A stretch of 64,000 nt of DNA, taken from contig NC_043026.1 in NCBI RefSeq assembly GCF_006345805.1, positions 1,550,001-1,614,000 of the forward strand, in the 5' to 3' direction. A program made the translations under genes and the position numbers. Positions 23,870 to 37,245 of this stretch are shown piece by piece (the first letter of the stretch is position 1; the number at the start of each line of letters is the position of its first letter). Source of the DNA: Octopus sinensis (lineage: Eukaryota). The notes under the pieces were generated by a model. It was not told the DNA's origin and made no database searches. It was given only the letters and a program-made list of their open reading frames with translations.

Positions 23870-24205
23870 ATTTCAGTCATTTGACTGTGGCTAAGCTGGA
23901 GCACTGCCTTGAAGGGTTTTTAGTCAAACAAATCAACCACAGGAGTTATTTTTAAGCCTAGTACTTATTCTATTGTCTTTTTTTTTTTGCCAAACCATTA
24001 AGTTACAGGGACCTAGACACACTAACACTGGTTGACAGGACACACTAACACTGGTTGACAGGACACACACACACACACACACACAGACAGGCTTCCTTCA
24101 GTTTCCGTCTACCAAATCCACTCACAAGGCTTTGGTCAGCCTGAGGCTACAGTAGAAGACACTTGTCCAAGGTGCCAAACAGTAAGGACCATATGGTTGG
24201 AAAGC
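23870..24205 (-). mobile_element. tRNA-derived SINE (main family)
   Basis: Reverse-complement match to the family, with a local 22-bp duplication gacacactaacactggttgaca. Confidence 0.8.
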
Positions 24206-24620
24206 ATCTCTACTATCTCTAAATAGCTCCCTTCACACTCCTAAGGAACATCCTCTTCTATCCTCTTTGTACTAATTATACTACCCCCCCCCTGTGCTGT
24301 TCCCTGTGGGTAGTCTCTCTCACACTCTTTGACTGTCTATTTTTCTCTCTTTCCTCATCCTACTGAGGTAGCCAAGTATCTCCTCAATAGTAAAAGGGCT
24401 ACCTCCGTCCCCTTCCCATATACTAATCTCTTGGTTCCCCTCTTCTTCTCAGTGGTCTTACAAGCCCAAGGGTGCTGGTGCCATGTATAAAGCACCCAGT
24501 GCACTTTGTAAAGTGATTGGCATTAGGAAGGGTATCCAGCCAAGAAACGAGCCTGATGCAGCTTGCTGGCTTACCAGCTCCTGTCCAACGCATGCCAGCA
24601 TGGAAAAACGATGTTAAATG

Positions 24621-24669
<49 letters not shown>

Positions 24670-25765
24670 AAGTTGTGCAAAAAGCAAAAGACAGAGACAG
24701 CAAACAAAATGCATTAGTTTGATGTTCAAGAAAAATGGAAGACGTTTTTGATGTTCTGAGCCTAAAACTAATCTACAGAAAAAAATGAGGAAAGAAAACA
24801 GATGAAGAGAAGAAAAAGAAAATAACAGGTTATGATGAGACATGTTGGAATGAGAGACAGAAAGAAAAGAAAAGAAACTAGCAAAGTTAGCAACATATGA
24901 AGATTCAAAATGTTAGAGAAGTTTTGGTACTCATAGATGCATACACTTCACCAAATGCACTTTGTACACAAGCACCATACAATCTTCTCTATACATATAT
25001 ATGCATATACATATATATATATATATAGAAAATTATCTGCATCGCTTCGCAGTCTCTTGACCTAAATCAAAGGTTATTCCTTTATCTCTCTTCTGCAAGC
25101 TATGTATAGAGACACTGCCAACAAAGTATGCCAAACAAACAAGCAGAGCCCAGAATGAAGATACTTTAATCCTTTAGTAATCAAATTACTCCGTCAAATG
25201 TAATGCTTATTTATTCACTCGGGCATTCAGGTAATTTGAAAATACCTCACAGAGTGACGAATATGCCTGGTATAGTTATAGGCATAGCATCCATTCAGCC
25301 ACCCTGCCAGGGATATTGTGAAGAGGTAACAGAAGAGTTCAACTGAGCCAATGGTGCTTCTTACTTTGATGCCAAGTGAAGGAATGCTAGAAGAGCAATG
25401 GTTAGGATCACCAAGTTCTATGAAGAGAGTAACTGCAATGCATCCATTGAGGTGGCATCTGTAGGTGCGGAATCAGCTAATGAAAGATTCACTGTGGCTC
25501 AAGTGCATAATAACGGAATTGGATGGTGACAGGGTGTCATGGGAATTCGTGAAAGCAATTTGAGTGAGGTTTGTGCACATTGTTTTGAATTGGTTATGGC
25601 TTACCTTTTGGCTTCAAGATTTCAATGTGATTGTTTATTTGTAGAATGACATTGCAGGGTAGCTGTGGGAAGCCAGATCTTGCAAACATCGATCATAAAG
25701 CAAATAGAATATGGAAGGGGACGAGATACTAGTTTAAATGCTAAGGATATATATTAGTGACAGAG

Positions 25766-26778
25766 AGGTAATATTTATTCCCATTTAAACATGGGACGTT
25801 CTGTTAGAACAAACTATACTGCTGTAGATGCCATGAGAGAACCTCTCCCATATTGGCTTTTGGTGCAAAATGCACTCTTGTTAATATCACTAGCAGGAAG
25901 ATAAATCTGTCATGTCCTGCACCAAGACCAATAGATCAAGTGATTTCGACCATCCTTGGTCTTTGCAATGATGGATACTCATCTCCCTGCTAGTGACGTA
26001 TAGGAAAACAGTGCTAGGCACTGGTGCAATGATTAGCCAGTGAGCTTGTTAAAAAATATATATTCGTGATAGATATAAACAATCCGCAGGAGTGGCTGTG
26101 TGGTAAGTAGCTTGCTAACCAACCACACGGTTGCGGGTTCAGTCCCACTGCGTGGCATCTTGGGCAAGTGTCTTCTGCTATAGCCCCGGGCCGACCAATG
26201 CCTTGTGAGTGGATTTGGTAGACGGAAACTGAAAGAAGCCTGTCGTATATATGTATATATATGTATATGTGTGTGTGTTTGTGTGTCTGTGTTTGTCCCC
26301 CTAGCATTGCTTGACAACCGATGCTGGTGTGTTTAGGTCCCCGTCACTTAGCGGTTCGGCAAAAAGAGACCGATAGAATAAGTACTAAAAAGGTGCTGCT
26401 CCAGCATGGCCGCAGTCAAAATGACTGAAACAAGTAAAAGAGTAAAAGAGAGAGAAAAGAGTAAATCCTGGCAATATAAACAAGAATGCATTTTGCATCA
26501 AAAGCCTATATGAGAGTTTCTCTCATGGTATCTGTTCCATCAGAACATCCACGTTTAAGTGGGGATAAATATTACCTCTTGGTGTTCATACAGCCTCTAA
26601 AATATATTTTATATAGTGTCAGCGCTGGAAGGGGCAGGGGTTTATCTCCCTGCTAGCGATATAAACAAGAGAGCATTTTTGCACCAAAAGTCAATATGAA
26701 AGTTTCTCTCATGGCATCTACAGCAGTATAGTTTGTTCTAACAGAACATCCACATTAAAGTGGGGATAAAAATTACCT
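25766..26778. mobile_element. Foldback/MITE-like element with about 140-bp inverted arms, interrupted by a SINE
   Basis: 25766-25905 is the reverse complement of 26641-26778 (ctgttagaacaaactatactgctgtagatgccatgagagaa). A third arm copy lies at 26466-26578. Confidence 0.75.
26085..26463 (+). mobile_element. tRNA-derived SINE (main family), best-preserved copy
   Basis: A-box-like tggctgtgtggtaag, B-box-like gggttcagtcccac, CpG-rich body, tail ggtgctgctccagcatggccgcagtc..tgactgaaacaagt(aaaagagt)n. Confidence 0.9.
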
Positions 26779-27374
26779 AAAAGCTAAAGGATTAGAGTAA
26801 ACCAAGCACAAAAGTTTTAGCGAGAATGCATGGTTCTATGACCTTTTGGACATGGTTCAATGACCTTTTGGACAGAGGTCAAGGTTAATAATGCAGAAAC
26901 AAAATATGTAGAAATACCAAATGCTGTACTTAATGTAAGCTATGAATGCGTAGAGGATCCCATGTGGGTTAAGAGAGAAGGTAGATTTTGTAGAGTGGTA
27001 GTTAGAGGCAAAGTGCACCAGTGAAATTAATACTTTCAAATGCTCAGCAGTCTTCAAAAGAAGTTGATAGTTTCTGTTACCTAGGTGATGTAATAAGCAG
27101 AGGAGATGGGTGAATTGAAAGCATAGTAGACAGTAAAAAAAGGGGGTGAAAATATTTAGAGGATTATTAATTCTTGCTGGAAACAAAGCGATTCTCTGTG
27201 AGTAAAAGACCAATTGTACAACACTGGTGTATGAAGATACTGTATGGATATAGATGGGCACTGGAATGTGGGAGACACTTGGGCTGGAACAAAATTAGGC
27301 AAACACATTCTTCTGGAGTCAAAGATAAGACACCTTCAACTGAAAGCTAACATTCAGTTATAAGTTAAACTTCC

Positions 27375-28190
27375 AAAGTTATCTCCTAACCATGTAGTTT
27401 TGAATTCAGTCCCATCTTCTACAATAGAACCAGATTGACCAAAGACTTGTGAGTGGATTTGATAGATGGAAACTGAAACAAGCTCATCGTGTGAATGCAT
27501 GTGTGTGTGTATGTGTGTGTGTGTGTGTGTGTGTGTATGCATGTGTGTGTGTGTGTGTGTGTGTGTGCGTTTGTCCTCCACCATTGCTTGACAACTGGTT
27601 TTGGTTTGTTTATGCCCCCCGAAACCTAGCAGTTCAGCAAGAGACCAATAGGATAAGTACCAGACTTAAAAATAAGTCCTGGGGTCAGTTCATTTGACAA
27701 AAAATTCTTCAAGGCAGTGCCCCAGCATGGCCACAGCCTAATGACTGAAGCAAGTAAAAGATAAAAGAATTATAATATAGACAAGTGTAGCTGTGTGGTA
27801 AGAAGCTTGCTTCCCAACCACATGGTTCCAGGTTCAGTGCCACTGCGTGGCACCTTGGGCAGGTGTCTTCTACTATAGCCTCAAGCTGACTGAAGCCTCG
27901 TCAATAGATTTTGTAAATGGAAACTGAAAGAAGCCCGTTATATATGTGTATATACAAGTGTGTGTGAGTCTTGAGTCTTTGAGTGTGTTAGCCTTCTACC
28001 ACCGCTTGACAACCGGTGTTGGTGTGCTTACGTCCCCGTAACTTAGCGGTTCGGCTAAAAGATCGATAGAATAAGTACCTGGCTTAAAAAAAATTTAAGT
28101 ATTGAAGCCGATTCATTCGACTAAAACATTCTTCACGGCGGTGCCCCAGCATGACCGCAGTCTAACGGTTGAAACAAGAGAGAAAAAGGT
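27375..28190 (+). mobile_element. Two tandem copies of the main SINE
   Basis: 27375-27768 and 27782-28190 each end in gg(c/a)gtgccccagcatg(g/a)cc. Confidence 0.85.
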
Positions 28191-29803
28191 ATAAGTTGAG
28201 ATACATACATATATAGACAAACATGTGTATGGGTAAATGTGTGTGTGTGTTTATATACACACACAAATACACATGTCTATGAATGAGTATATACAGACAG
28301 ATGAATGTATACATAATTTAGACACGTTTTTTCTTTCTCTCCTTTTTATTTTTCACCTTCCATTTTTCCTGAGTGTTTCACTAAAACTGTTCATTCATCT
28401 CGTCTTTCTGATTTAGTTTTTATTTTTGGATTGTATTTTATAAATACACACATACAATTTAACAAGAGTCAGCCGTCTGATGTAATTGCAGTTTTTTTTC
28501 CTTTTTTCAGTACAAAATTTCTCACACACACACACACACACCGCACTCTACTATCACGGTTTATATCTTACGTCTACCATTTAATTACGACCAAATCCTG
28601 CCGCAGTAACTGCTGCTGCTGCTGCTGACAGAGGTGAAATGGGTAGGGAGTGTTCAGCAAGTGGGTCACTGCTACCTACATTGCCATGGTAGAGTTAGCA
28701 AGGATGGATAGAAAAGAAGGGGATGATGAGGAAGAGAGAAAAAAATGGGGGGAGGAGGGGGGGCAGGGAAGAACAGAACAAAACACAGAAGTGAATGCAG
28801 TTATGAGTAGAAAGCAAGGAGGGGAGAAGAATATAGTGGGGGGGGGAGATATATGGTAACTGTACAACGATTAAGAGTGTTTTTAAAATATATATTACAC
28901 ACACACATCACAATTCCTCACTCTCCTTGCGATTAATTTCACTAATTTTGGGAGAGTATGATCAACATCATTACCATCATCATCATCATCGTGTAACGTC
29001 TGCAGGCATGGGTTGGACGGTTTGACAGGAACCAGCCAGGTGGAACACTACCCCAGGCTACTGTGTGGCAAGAAGATTGCTTCCAAACATATGGTTCAGG
29101 GTTCAGTCCCACTGTATGGTACCTTGGGCAAATGTCTTCTACTACAGCCTCAGACCAACCAAAGCCTTGTGAACGGAAAGAGAAAGAAAGAGAGAGAGAG
29201 AGTGTGTGTGTGTTTGCATCCCTGTAACTTAGCAGTTTGGCAAAAGATTCCAACAAAATAAGTACCAAGGTTTTTAAAAAAAGTACTGGTATTGATTTAT
29301 TCAACTAAAAAGTGTCAAGGTGGTGCCCCAGCATGACTGCAGGACATCACTATATCAACCAAACTACTGGATATTGTTACATACCACTGGTCACAATGCA
29401 CTTCCTCACATTGTTGTGGCATTCAAACAATAGCACGTTGCTGAGTAGGCAGGCAGGCCTATTGGCATACAAGTGATCAAGAATATGACATTCCCTCTGA
29501 GAGGCATGCCATGCTGGAGCAACATAAAATGATGCTTTTCTTTTTGTTCACAAACAAAATGCAGTGCTTGGTCCCAGGATCAAAACCCTGATCTTGTGAT
29601 TATGAGTGCAACACTCTCATCACAAGATGGAGGAGAGATAGAAGTATCACTTCAGTGTACAGTTTAACCCTCTTGGGACACCCAGGCCGACTGATCAGTC
29701 CAAGTGATACAAGCTGAAAGGACTTTGAGGCCAATCCATTGGCCTGATGAAACTGTAATGTAATAGCTGATCAGCGATCGTCTTTCAGTAGATATAATTT
29801 AAA

Positions 29804-30290
29804 ACTATATATATAAATATAAAACTCAACTTGTGTGTCTGTGTGTTTGACTTCCCGGCACATCTCCTCCTAGCCAACAAATCGTAGAACCACCAAAAAT
29901 GGGTCACTTAAAGTTTGAGCGAATGAAAATTGAACTGCGCTATTTCTGTTCCGAAATTCATCTCGCAAGTGCAAAAATCGATAATGTGTTTGTTTAGGCC
30001 ATATCCCATGCATTGAATAGTGAACTTTACTCAGTCAGCTGTTTGACGTGAACTGTGTTCACCACGCGTGCAAGCATGCGTAAATTGCATGAAAAATTAA
30101 AAATGAAAAAAGATACAAAAACGAATTGCCGTAAACATTGTAGAAATTCGGCAAAGAATGAATTTTGGGGATTTAGCCTGGAGGGTTTTTTCGTATTAAT
30201 CGTTTGGACTTTTCGTATTAATGTTTTCATAACATTTTTAACGCTTTGAATTAAATGTGACCATTATGCAAAACCGGGCAATACTGCTAG
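29804..30290 (+). mobile_element. Non-autonomous Helitron (older copy)
   Basis: 5' ctatatatataaa start and 3' gcaaaaccgggcaatactgCTAG|t, matching the other two Helitron ends. Confidence 0.7.
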
Positions 30291-31019
30291 TAATCTATAT
30301 AGTTTTACATAGAAATAAAATAGTTTCAGGCACTTTATCCTTAGTTTTCTTCATGCATCTATCAATTTCAATGACAACAGGAAAGAAAAAAACAGGAATT
30401 TGGCAGCAGCACCTCTAACCAAACAATTATTCTGTGCTGAGGAAGAGAAATAACCCAGAAATCGCTATACACAGATATTGTTTTGAGCTGAGTGGGGATG
30501 CTAGATTCCCTTATTTGAAAATATAAGGACACAGATCGTGTTGTATAGCCAGCTGGAGACGATGTCTCCTGGGGCTAAATTACCAGGACTGCCATGTTAT
30601 GTTGGCAAATAATCTTTACTCCAGAAAAAAAATCTTTGGTCTTTTTGGCTACACATACCAAAATACCATGTGTGCCTTAAATAGGGTTAATTGTAAACCA
30701 GATCATGTCATTGACAGCAATAACTGCAGATATTGCAGTAGACTGCATGCTAAAATAGTACTGAGAGAGAGAATCACCTCACATTTTTATTGAGAGGAGA
30801 AGTAAAACAGACTTAAAGATGTGTTGTTAGTCAACAGATTTTGAATCTCACTTTGACCAGAGTATCTACTCTGGTCAAACCATGGCCCTTCTTTTCTTTC
30901 TTTCTTTCTGTATTATTAGAAAAAGAAAATTCTCTTTCTTCCTTAAAAACCACTGAAACCAACCAGTTTCAGTGGTTATCATTACTTCATTACAGTTCAG
31001 CTAATTATTTTTTGGACCA

Positions 31020-31320
31020 GAGAGAAGAGGAAGGGAGAGGGAGTGAGAGAGGAAAAGGAAGAGAGAGAGAGGAAAAGAGAGGAAATGGAAGAGAGAAGGG
31101 GGAAGAGAGGAAGAGGGGAGAGAGGAAAAGGAAGAGAGAGAGGAAATGGAAGAGAGAGAGGAAGAGAAAGAGAGAGAGAGGAAATGGAAGAGAGAAAGGG
31201 GAAGAGGGGAGAGAGGAAAAGGAAGAGAGAGAGGAAAAGAGAGAGAGAGAGGAAATGGAAGAGAGGAAATGGAAGAGAGGAAATGGAAGAGAGAAGGGGG
31301 AGAGAGTAAGAGGGAGAAGA
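31020..31320 (+). repeat. Polypurine GA-rich low-complexity repeat
   Basis: Recurrent gagaggaaatggaa / gagaggaaaaggaa units. Confidence 0.9.
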
Positions 31321-31604
31321 TAAGCTTGTAGTTGGTAAGAATGGTATGATATAGCCATAAGTCTACCAAACAATTAACAAAACAAATGCTTTTTAGAAGA
31401 TCCATTAGTATTAATTAATTAATGAAGACACCTTGCCAACATTTGGGCTGTGGTGCAAATGTTTTATTTATAATGTATAATTACAAAGAAACAAGAAGAA
31501 AAAAGAAGAGATAACAAAGGAAAACAAATAAAAGGAAAAAGTGGGATAAAGCAGCAGAAGATGGAGGTGGGGGGGGCAATGGTTCACAGCCCCATCATGT
31601 GATA

Positions 31605-31735
31605 ATGACTGCAATGGTATTGCTGTGGAGAACGGCTAGCGACCCTCAATGCAGCAGCCACTCCACCTCACATGGCTCATTGCAAACAAAATTGGTAGTA
31701 TGGGGCCCAAGAACATCTGACATCTCAATGGCATG
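31605..31735 (-). mobile_element. Degraded C-terminus of a restriction-like-endonuclease (CRE-like) non-LTR element
   Basis: The minus strand translates AIEMSDVLGPHTTNF...EPCEVEWLLH*GSLAVLHSN, resembling the AxETxGxxG...WLxQRxSLAVxRGN motif. Confidence 0.4.
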
Positions 31736-34071
31736 CAGCACAAACTGATAGCACCTGGTCCTTTTTTCTCTCCTCCACATTAAGGGCAGTGACACTCAGG
31801 AGAATGTGTGGCTGCACATTGATTACCAGAATAGACCAATTAAGGCCCAAATTCACTTTCCCTCCAATTTCTCTCCACACTAAACATCTGTTAGTCTCTA
31901 TGTAACTCCAAGAACTTGGGCCCTGATTAGCAGTCCAACCCAAGCTGACATGGTAAGCAGACTGACTTACTCCATTTGTAGGTCCACCAACTCAACTTGT
32001 CCCTCCCCCAATGTTACCATTATCACTTTGTCCCTCACCCCCCTCCCCCGATTCCATCACTCCCATCCCTAACACTGTTCCCTCTGTTACTAGCTCCATC
32101 ACACTCCAACAATAAATCTGTTCCATCCATCATGGGTGGTCACTTTCAGTTTGCAAGCTGCAAGGTAGTTGGTGCCACAAAAGACACCCAGCACACATTA
32201 AGCTTAAAGCATTCAGATTATTCTGTTAAATATACTGTTTTATTTATCAACTTTGAAATTTGGTGATGTGATTGATTGTTTTTAGAATGACATTGTGGAT
32301 GTGTAGAGGTCAAATCTGGTCAGTTTAGACCATAAAACAGGCTGGAGTTTAAATGCAAAAGGATTAAGTAATTGTTAATGGATCTGAGTAGTCACAATGC
32401 AGGGTTTGAGATGACTTTTTCACCAACAGCAATGCAACCTCTGTAGGGCTGGTGCCATGAAAAACACACCCAGTATGCACTGTGAAGTGGTTTGTATTAG
32501 GAACAGCATCCAGCCATAGCAACCATGTCAAAAAAAAAAAAAGAAAAAGAAATAGAGCATGACATGTCCACCAGCCTGTAAAGATCCCATTGAACCACCA
32601 TGGAAAACAGATGGAAAACAGATGTGAAATTATGAGAAAGAGAATGACTTGTATATACTCTAAATAACTAATGAGTAACCATCTCTGATGAAGCATTAAT
32701 AGATAATGAGTTGGATCCAATTTCTTTTTCTGATTACAAATAGGAAAAATATGTGGTTTATACACAGTGCCTATATTTCACATCGTCTCCATTTTCCATG
32801 CTGGCATGGGTAAGATGGTTTGACTGGAGCTGCACCAGGCTCCAATCTTTTGGCTTGGTTTCTATGGCTGGGTGCTCTCCCTAATGCCAAACACTCCAAA
32901 AGTGTACTGTATTGCCGCTTATGTGTCACTGGCACGTGCAAAGTACCTGTGCTGGTGACACATAAAAGGCACCCGTGAAACTAAATACGTTTACTAAAAA
33001 TTCTCAACTTATGCATGTGTGCATACAGGTATGCATATGATTGTGTGTTTGTGCATACTATTTGACAATCATTGATAATGGACAGAAAACTCACAATGAT
33101 AATATATTCTCAAACACACAGCCAAAGTTATGAAGTGTGTGTGTGTGTGTGTGTGTGCACATATACAGACAGACACACACCTAAAATCTAATCTTAAAAC
33201 TTGGTTCAGCAAATGCATATGATACATACATATGTTTATATCGAAGACCCAGTCTCAAGACACTTGAGGTGATGACGAAGGACTGAGATATCTGGCACAT
33301 TGCTGAAGAAGACCTGCCTGCTACAGCAGAATTGGTATTGGCATTGGTGCTGCATATAAAGCACTCATGCTGGAGCAACATTAAAAGCACCCAGTACATT
33401 CTGTGGAGTGGTTGGCATTAGGAAGGGTATCCAGCCGTAGAAACAATGCCAGAACAATGGAGCCAGGTAAGGCCCTTGGCTTTACCAGCTTTGGTCAAAC
33501 TGTCCAACCCATGCCAACATGGAAAACATGTGAAATAATGATGTTGATGATGGGTGGTCCCCTGGAATGGCTGAAACAAAGACAGCATCATCATAATTTA
33601 ATGCCCATATTCCATGCTGGCTCTGAGTTGGATGGGTTGACAGTATTTGATAAGGACCACAGCTGGAGCCAACCACTTTACATGTACTGGGTGCTTTTTT
33701 CACACCAACTGTACTATTGAGGTCACCATGCAGCTTACAGGGCTACGCACCTTAGAGGAGGAATCAGAGCAGGATCTTGTGAAGGATTTGCATAGCTACT
33801 CACATTTAGTTGGAAGAGACAGAAGAGAAAATGATCAGAAGCTTGCAAAGAGAGACATAATGGTAATGAGGTGCCCCACAAGGGCACAAGGTAAGTAGAA
33901 GTGAGGAGATGAAGGGATGAAGAAGCAGACTGTAAAAATGAGAGCTTAAAATTATAATAATAAACTGTTGTATACAATGCTCAGGTGCTGCAGTACAACT
34001 CATCAGAAAAAGTAACCAAAACTGCATAGTATATGCACGGGAAGTGAATAAATTTTATACACACATATCAC

Positions 34072-34445
34072 AGGCATGGCCATGTGGTAAGAAGCTAGCT
34101 TCCCAACTAAAATGGTCCCGGGTTCAGTCCCACTGCATGGTAGCTTGGTCAAGTATCCTCTATTATAGCCTTGGGCCGATCAAAGCTTTGTGAGTGAATC
34201 TGGTAGATGGAAACTGAAAGTTTGTAGGTGTGTGTGTGTGTGTGTGTGTCTGTGCTTGTCCCCTACCACTGCTTGGCAACTGGTGTTGGTGTGTTTACAT
34301 CCCTATAACTTAGCAGTTCAGCAAAAGAGACCAATAGAATAAGTATCAGGCCTTAAAAAGAAAAGTACTGGAGTTGATTAGTTTGACAAAAATGCCCCAG
34401 TATGGTCGCAATCAAATTACTGAAACAAGGAACAGAATATAAAGA
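34072..34445 (+). mobile_element. tRNA-derived SINE (main family)
   Basis: Family head, (TG)n middle and tail. Further copies at about 29060-29345, 37640-37925 and 38241-38610 (+), and 40880-41255 and 59070-59390 (-). Confidence 0.8.
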
Positions 34446-35041
34446 AGAGTGAAGTGAGCAAATCCTTTTATTAGTTCAATTGACAATTGTTTCATTTGAC
34501 TTCATGAATAATGCTATGTTGTGCAATAATATATATACGACTATTGATTCATGCCAGAGCTTAATATGGTCAATTCCAGGGTTAACTCCTGAATGAAATT
34601 ATTTTGTGTGTGTGTGTGTGTGTGTGTTATTGCTGAGAATAATCTGTGCTATTTTGAGTCTTACAAATCGTCACTCTTCCTGGAATTGATCAGCTGATGT
34701 TGCACAAGCAGCAAGGATTTGGAAAACAGAATAGCAACACAGAGAAGAAATCGAAGCACAACGATAATTGCACACACACACACACTCACTCACATATGCA
34801 TGCATATACATACATTCACACACATGCAGATACATATACACACACGTGTGTGTGTGTGTATATATACATACATACATACACATATATATACATGCATACA
34901 TACATATACATGCATACATATACATACATGCATACATACATACACACATACATACACATACATACACACATACACACATACATACACACATACATACATA
35001 CATACTTACATACATACATACACACACATACATACATACAT

Positions 35042-37245
35042 GATGGCTGCCCCCTCGTTATCAAGTATGGCCATTGCACAAAGTTTAACTGTTATTGGTG
35101 CTGTGATCGAATGTGACTTTTTAGCCCAGCCAAAGACCTACAATGTCTTGTACAGAATTGGCTGCTAAAACCTTTACCGGTAATGGCCGGCTGTAGTTGT
35201 ACCTGGACTTCATGTACCTTTGCATGTCGTTTAAGTCCTCCTGCCGAATTACACTCTCTTCCACATGCCCGACAGATATGATTAGTATGGTGTGTAACAA
35301 TACCACCAGTGGCCAGGTTGTCACTCATCTGTCTCGTTTTATGACTACGAAGATGACTCATGAGTCCAGCTTTACTGAGGCAGGGTCTTGCACAGACACT
35401 GCATGTCAGCATCATAGGAAGACCCATCTGGAAGCGTAACAGCGATGCCCTTCCTGACATCCCTCCTTACTTTCTCATGTGCAACTCGAGATTTCTCAAA
35501 AGTGACTGTCCCCTCGTGCACAATCCTTCTCCACCTGCTACAATCAATAGCTATGCCCTCCCATGTTTAAGGAAAGATACAAACATCTCCTAAAGAAACC
35601 TTCAGCAAGTCCTTATACCTCTTTTTTGGTTTATGTGGGGGTCATTCTCCTTTAGCTAACTCTCCATAAAAGAGTTGTTTTGGCATCCTTGAATCCTTCA
35701 TTCTGACCAGATGACCACTCCATCTGAGCCTTTGCTTTAACACAAGAGCTTCTATACTTTCACACCAAGAGCCTTCGAGTATTTCAAGATCACTGATGCG
35801 GTCCTTCCACTTAATGCTATAGATCCGTCTGAGGCACATCTGATGGAAACGTTCCAGATGTTTAAGGTGGTATCGATATGTGACCCACGTCTTGCAGGCA
35901 TAGTGAAGAGAAGGGAGCACACATGCCTTGTACACCTTTATTTTTGTCTTTCTGCATATGTCTCTCCGACTCCAGAGGCGCCTTTCTAGCCTTCTGAAAG
36001 CAACACTTGCTTTCCTAATTCTGTATGAAATTTCATCATCTAAATTGCTATATCTATTAATAGTGCTTCCCAGGTAGACAAACTGATCGACTACATCAAG
36101 TCGTTTACCATTCACATAGATATTTGGTACACTATACTGCTTACCAGGGGCAGGTTGGTACATAACAGTTTTCTTGAGACTGACTGTCAATCCTAAGCCA
36201 GTGCATTCAAAATGTGTTGCATATCAATCTCTGTGTGCGCTACTAGATCACAATCATCTGCATACAAAAGGTCTCTCATGATAGAGGTAAATACCTTTGT
36301 TTTTGCAGCAAAGCGCCTGATATTAAATATGCTGCCAGAGGTTCAATAATGGATGTAAACACCATATCTGCAGTTTCTGAACGCAATACAGAAAACCATC
36401 GCAAAATATATGGAAAATAGGGTCGGTGCCAGAATATCCCCCTGTTTCACTCCGTTTTGTATTAAAATGGGCTCCGACATTTTCCCTCTAACATTAACCC
36501 TACCCTTCATGTCTTCATGAAAAGACCTAACCAAAGCAAGGAACTTTTCAGGACACCCAAGTTTCTGGAGGACTTTCCACAATTCTTTTCTATTGACGGT
36601 ATCAAAGGCTTTTGTCAGATCGACAAAAACCTGATACAAATCCAGACCCTGTTCCACACACTTCTTCTGAAGCTGTCTAGCTGAAAAGATCATATCAGCA
36701 GTGCCATGTCCCATACGAAAGCCAGATTGACTTTCTGGAAGAACACAATCTGCAACATGTTTCAGCAGACAATCCAGAAGTACCCTGCATAAAACCTTTC
36801 CTACAGCAGACAGCAATGATATTCCCCTATAGTTACCACAATCATTCCTGTTGCCCTTTCCCTTATACAGGACCACCATTACTGTATCTCTCCAGTCCTC
36901 AGGTACAGCCAATATCTTACCAAACAAAGAGTGAAGTTGCTGCAGAAGTTTCTCTCCACTTTGCTGTAACAATTCCACATGTATGCCATCCATACCTGGA
37001 GATTTCCCATTATTCAACCTTGATAAAGCCACTGCAAATTCTTCCAAATTTGGTGGTTCTGCGAGTGCTGCCTTCACGGGTAATCCAGGGATGAGATTGA
37101 GAACATCCTCACTAATTACAGACTGCTGATTCAAAAGTTCATCAAAATGTTCTTGGCACCTTCGCAGAATTCCTTGTGAATCACGAAGAAGTTCTTTACT
37201 ATCCCTGCTTTGAATTGGTGTCACGCTATTTGTCAGCAAAGCCAC
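35042..37245 (-). mobile_element. 5'-truncated RTE (BovB-like) LINE: RT plus C-terminal C2H2 fingers, (TATG)n tail
   Basis: RT motifs GKSPGMDGI, NYRGISLLS, PESQSGFR, FVDLTKAFDTV, GVKQGDILAPTLF, LLYADD (about 36255-36270), FVYLGS and LRWSGHLVRM. Stops and frameshifts are present. The microsatellite at 34800-35041 abuts the 3' end. Confidence 0.92.

Noticed and set aside
25220-25575. Moderately GC-rich insert splitting an AT-rich repeat
   Set aside because: It looks like a decayed coding fragment, but no motif could be identified in any frame.
26085-26160. tRNA gene
   Set aside because: A- and B-box-like head continues into a SINE body in many diverged copies, with no complete cloverleaf.
29705-29785. 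Possible further hammerhead (ctgatgaaac)
   Set aside because: Core elements cannot be placed with a consistent stem I and stem II.
30330-30800. Possible degraded RT of an RLE-type element on the minus strand
   Set aside because: Only vague similarity with many stops, so it cannot be supported by eye.
30841-31405. E/R/K-rich and F/L/S-rich ORFs
   Set aside because: Produced by the polypurine GA repeat.
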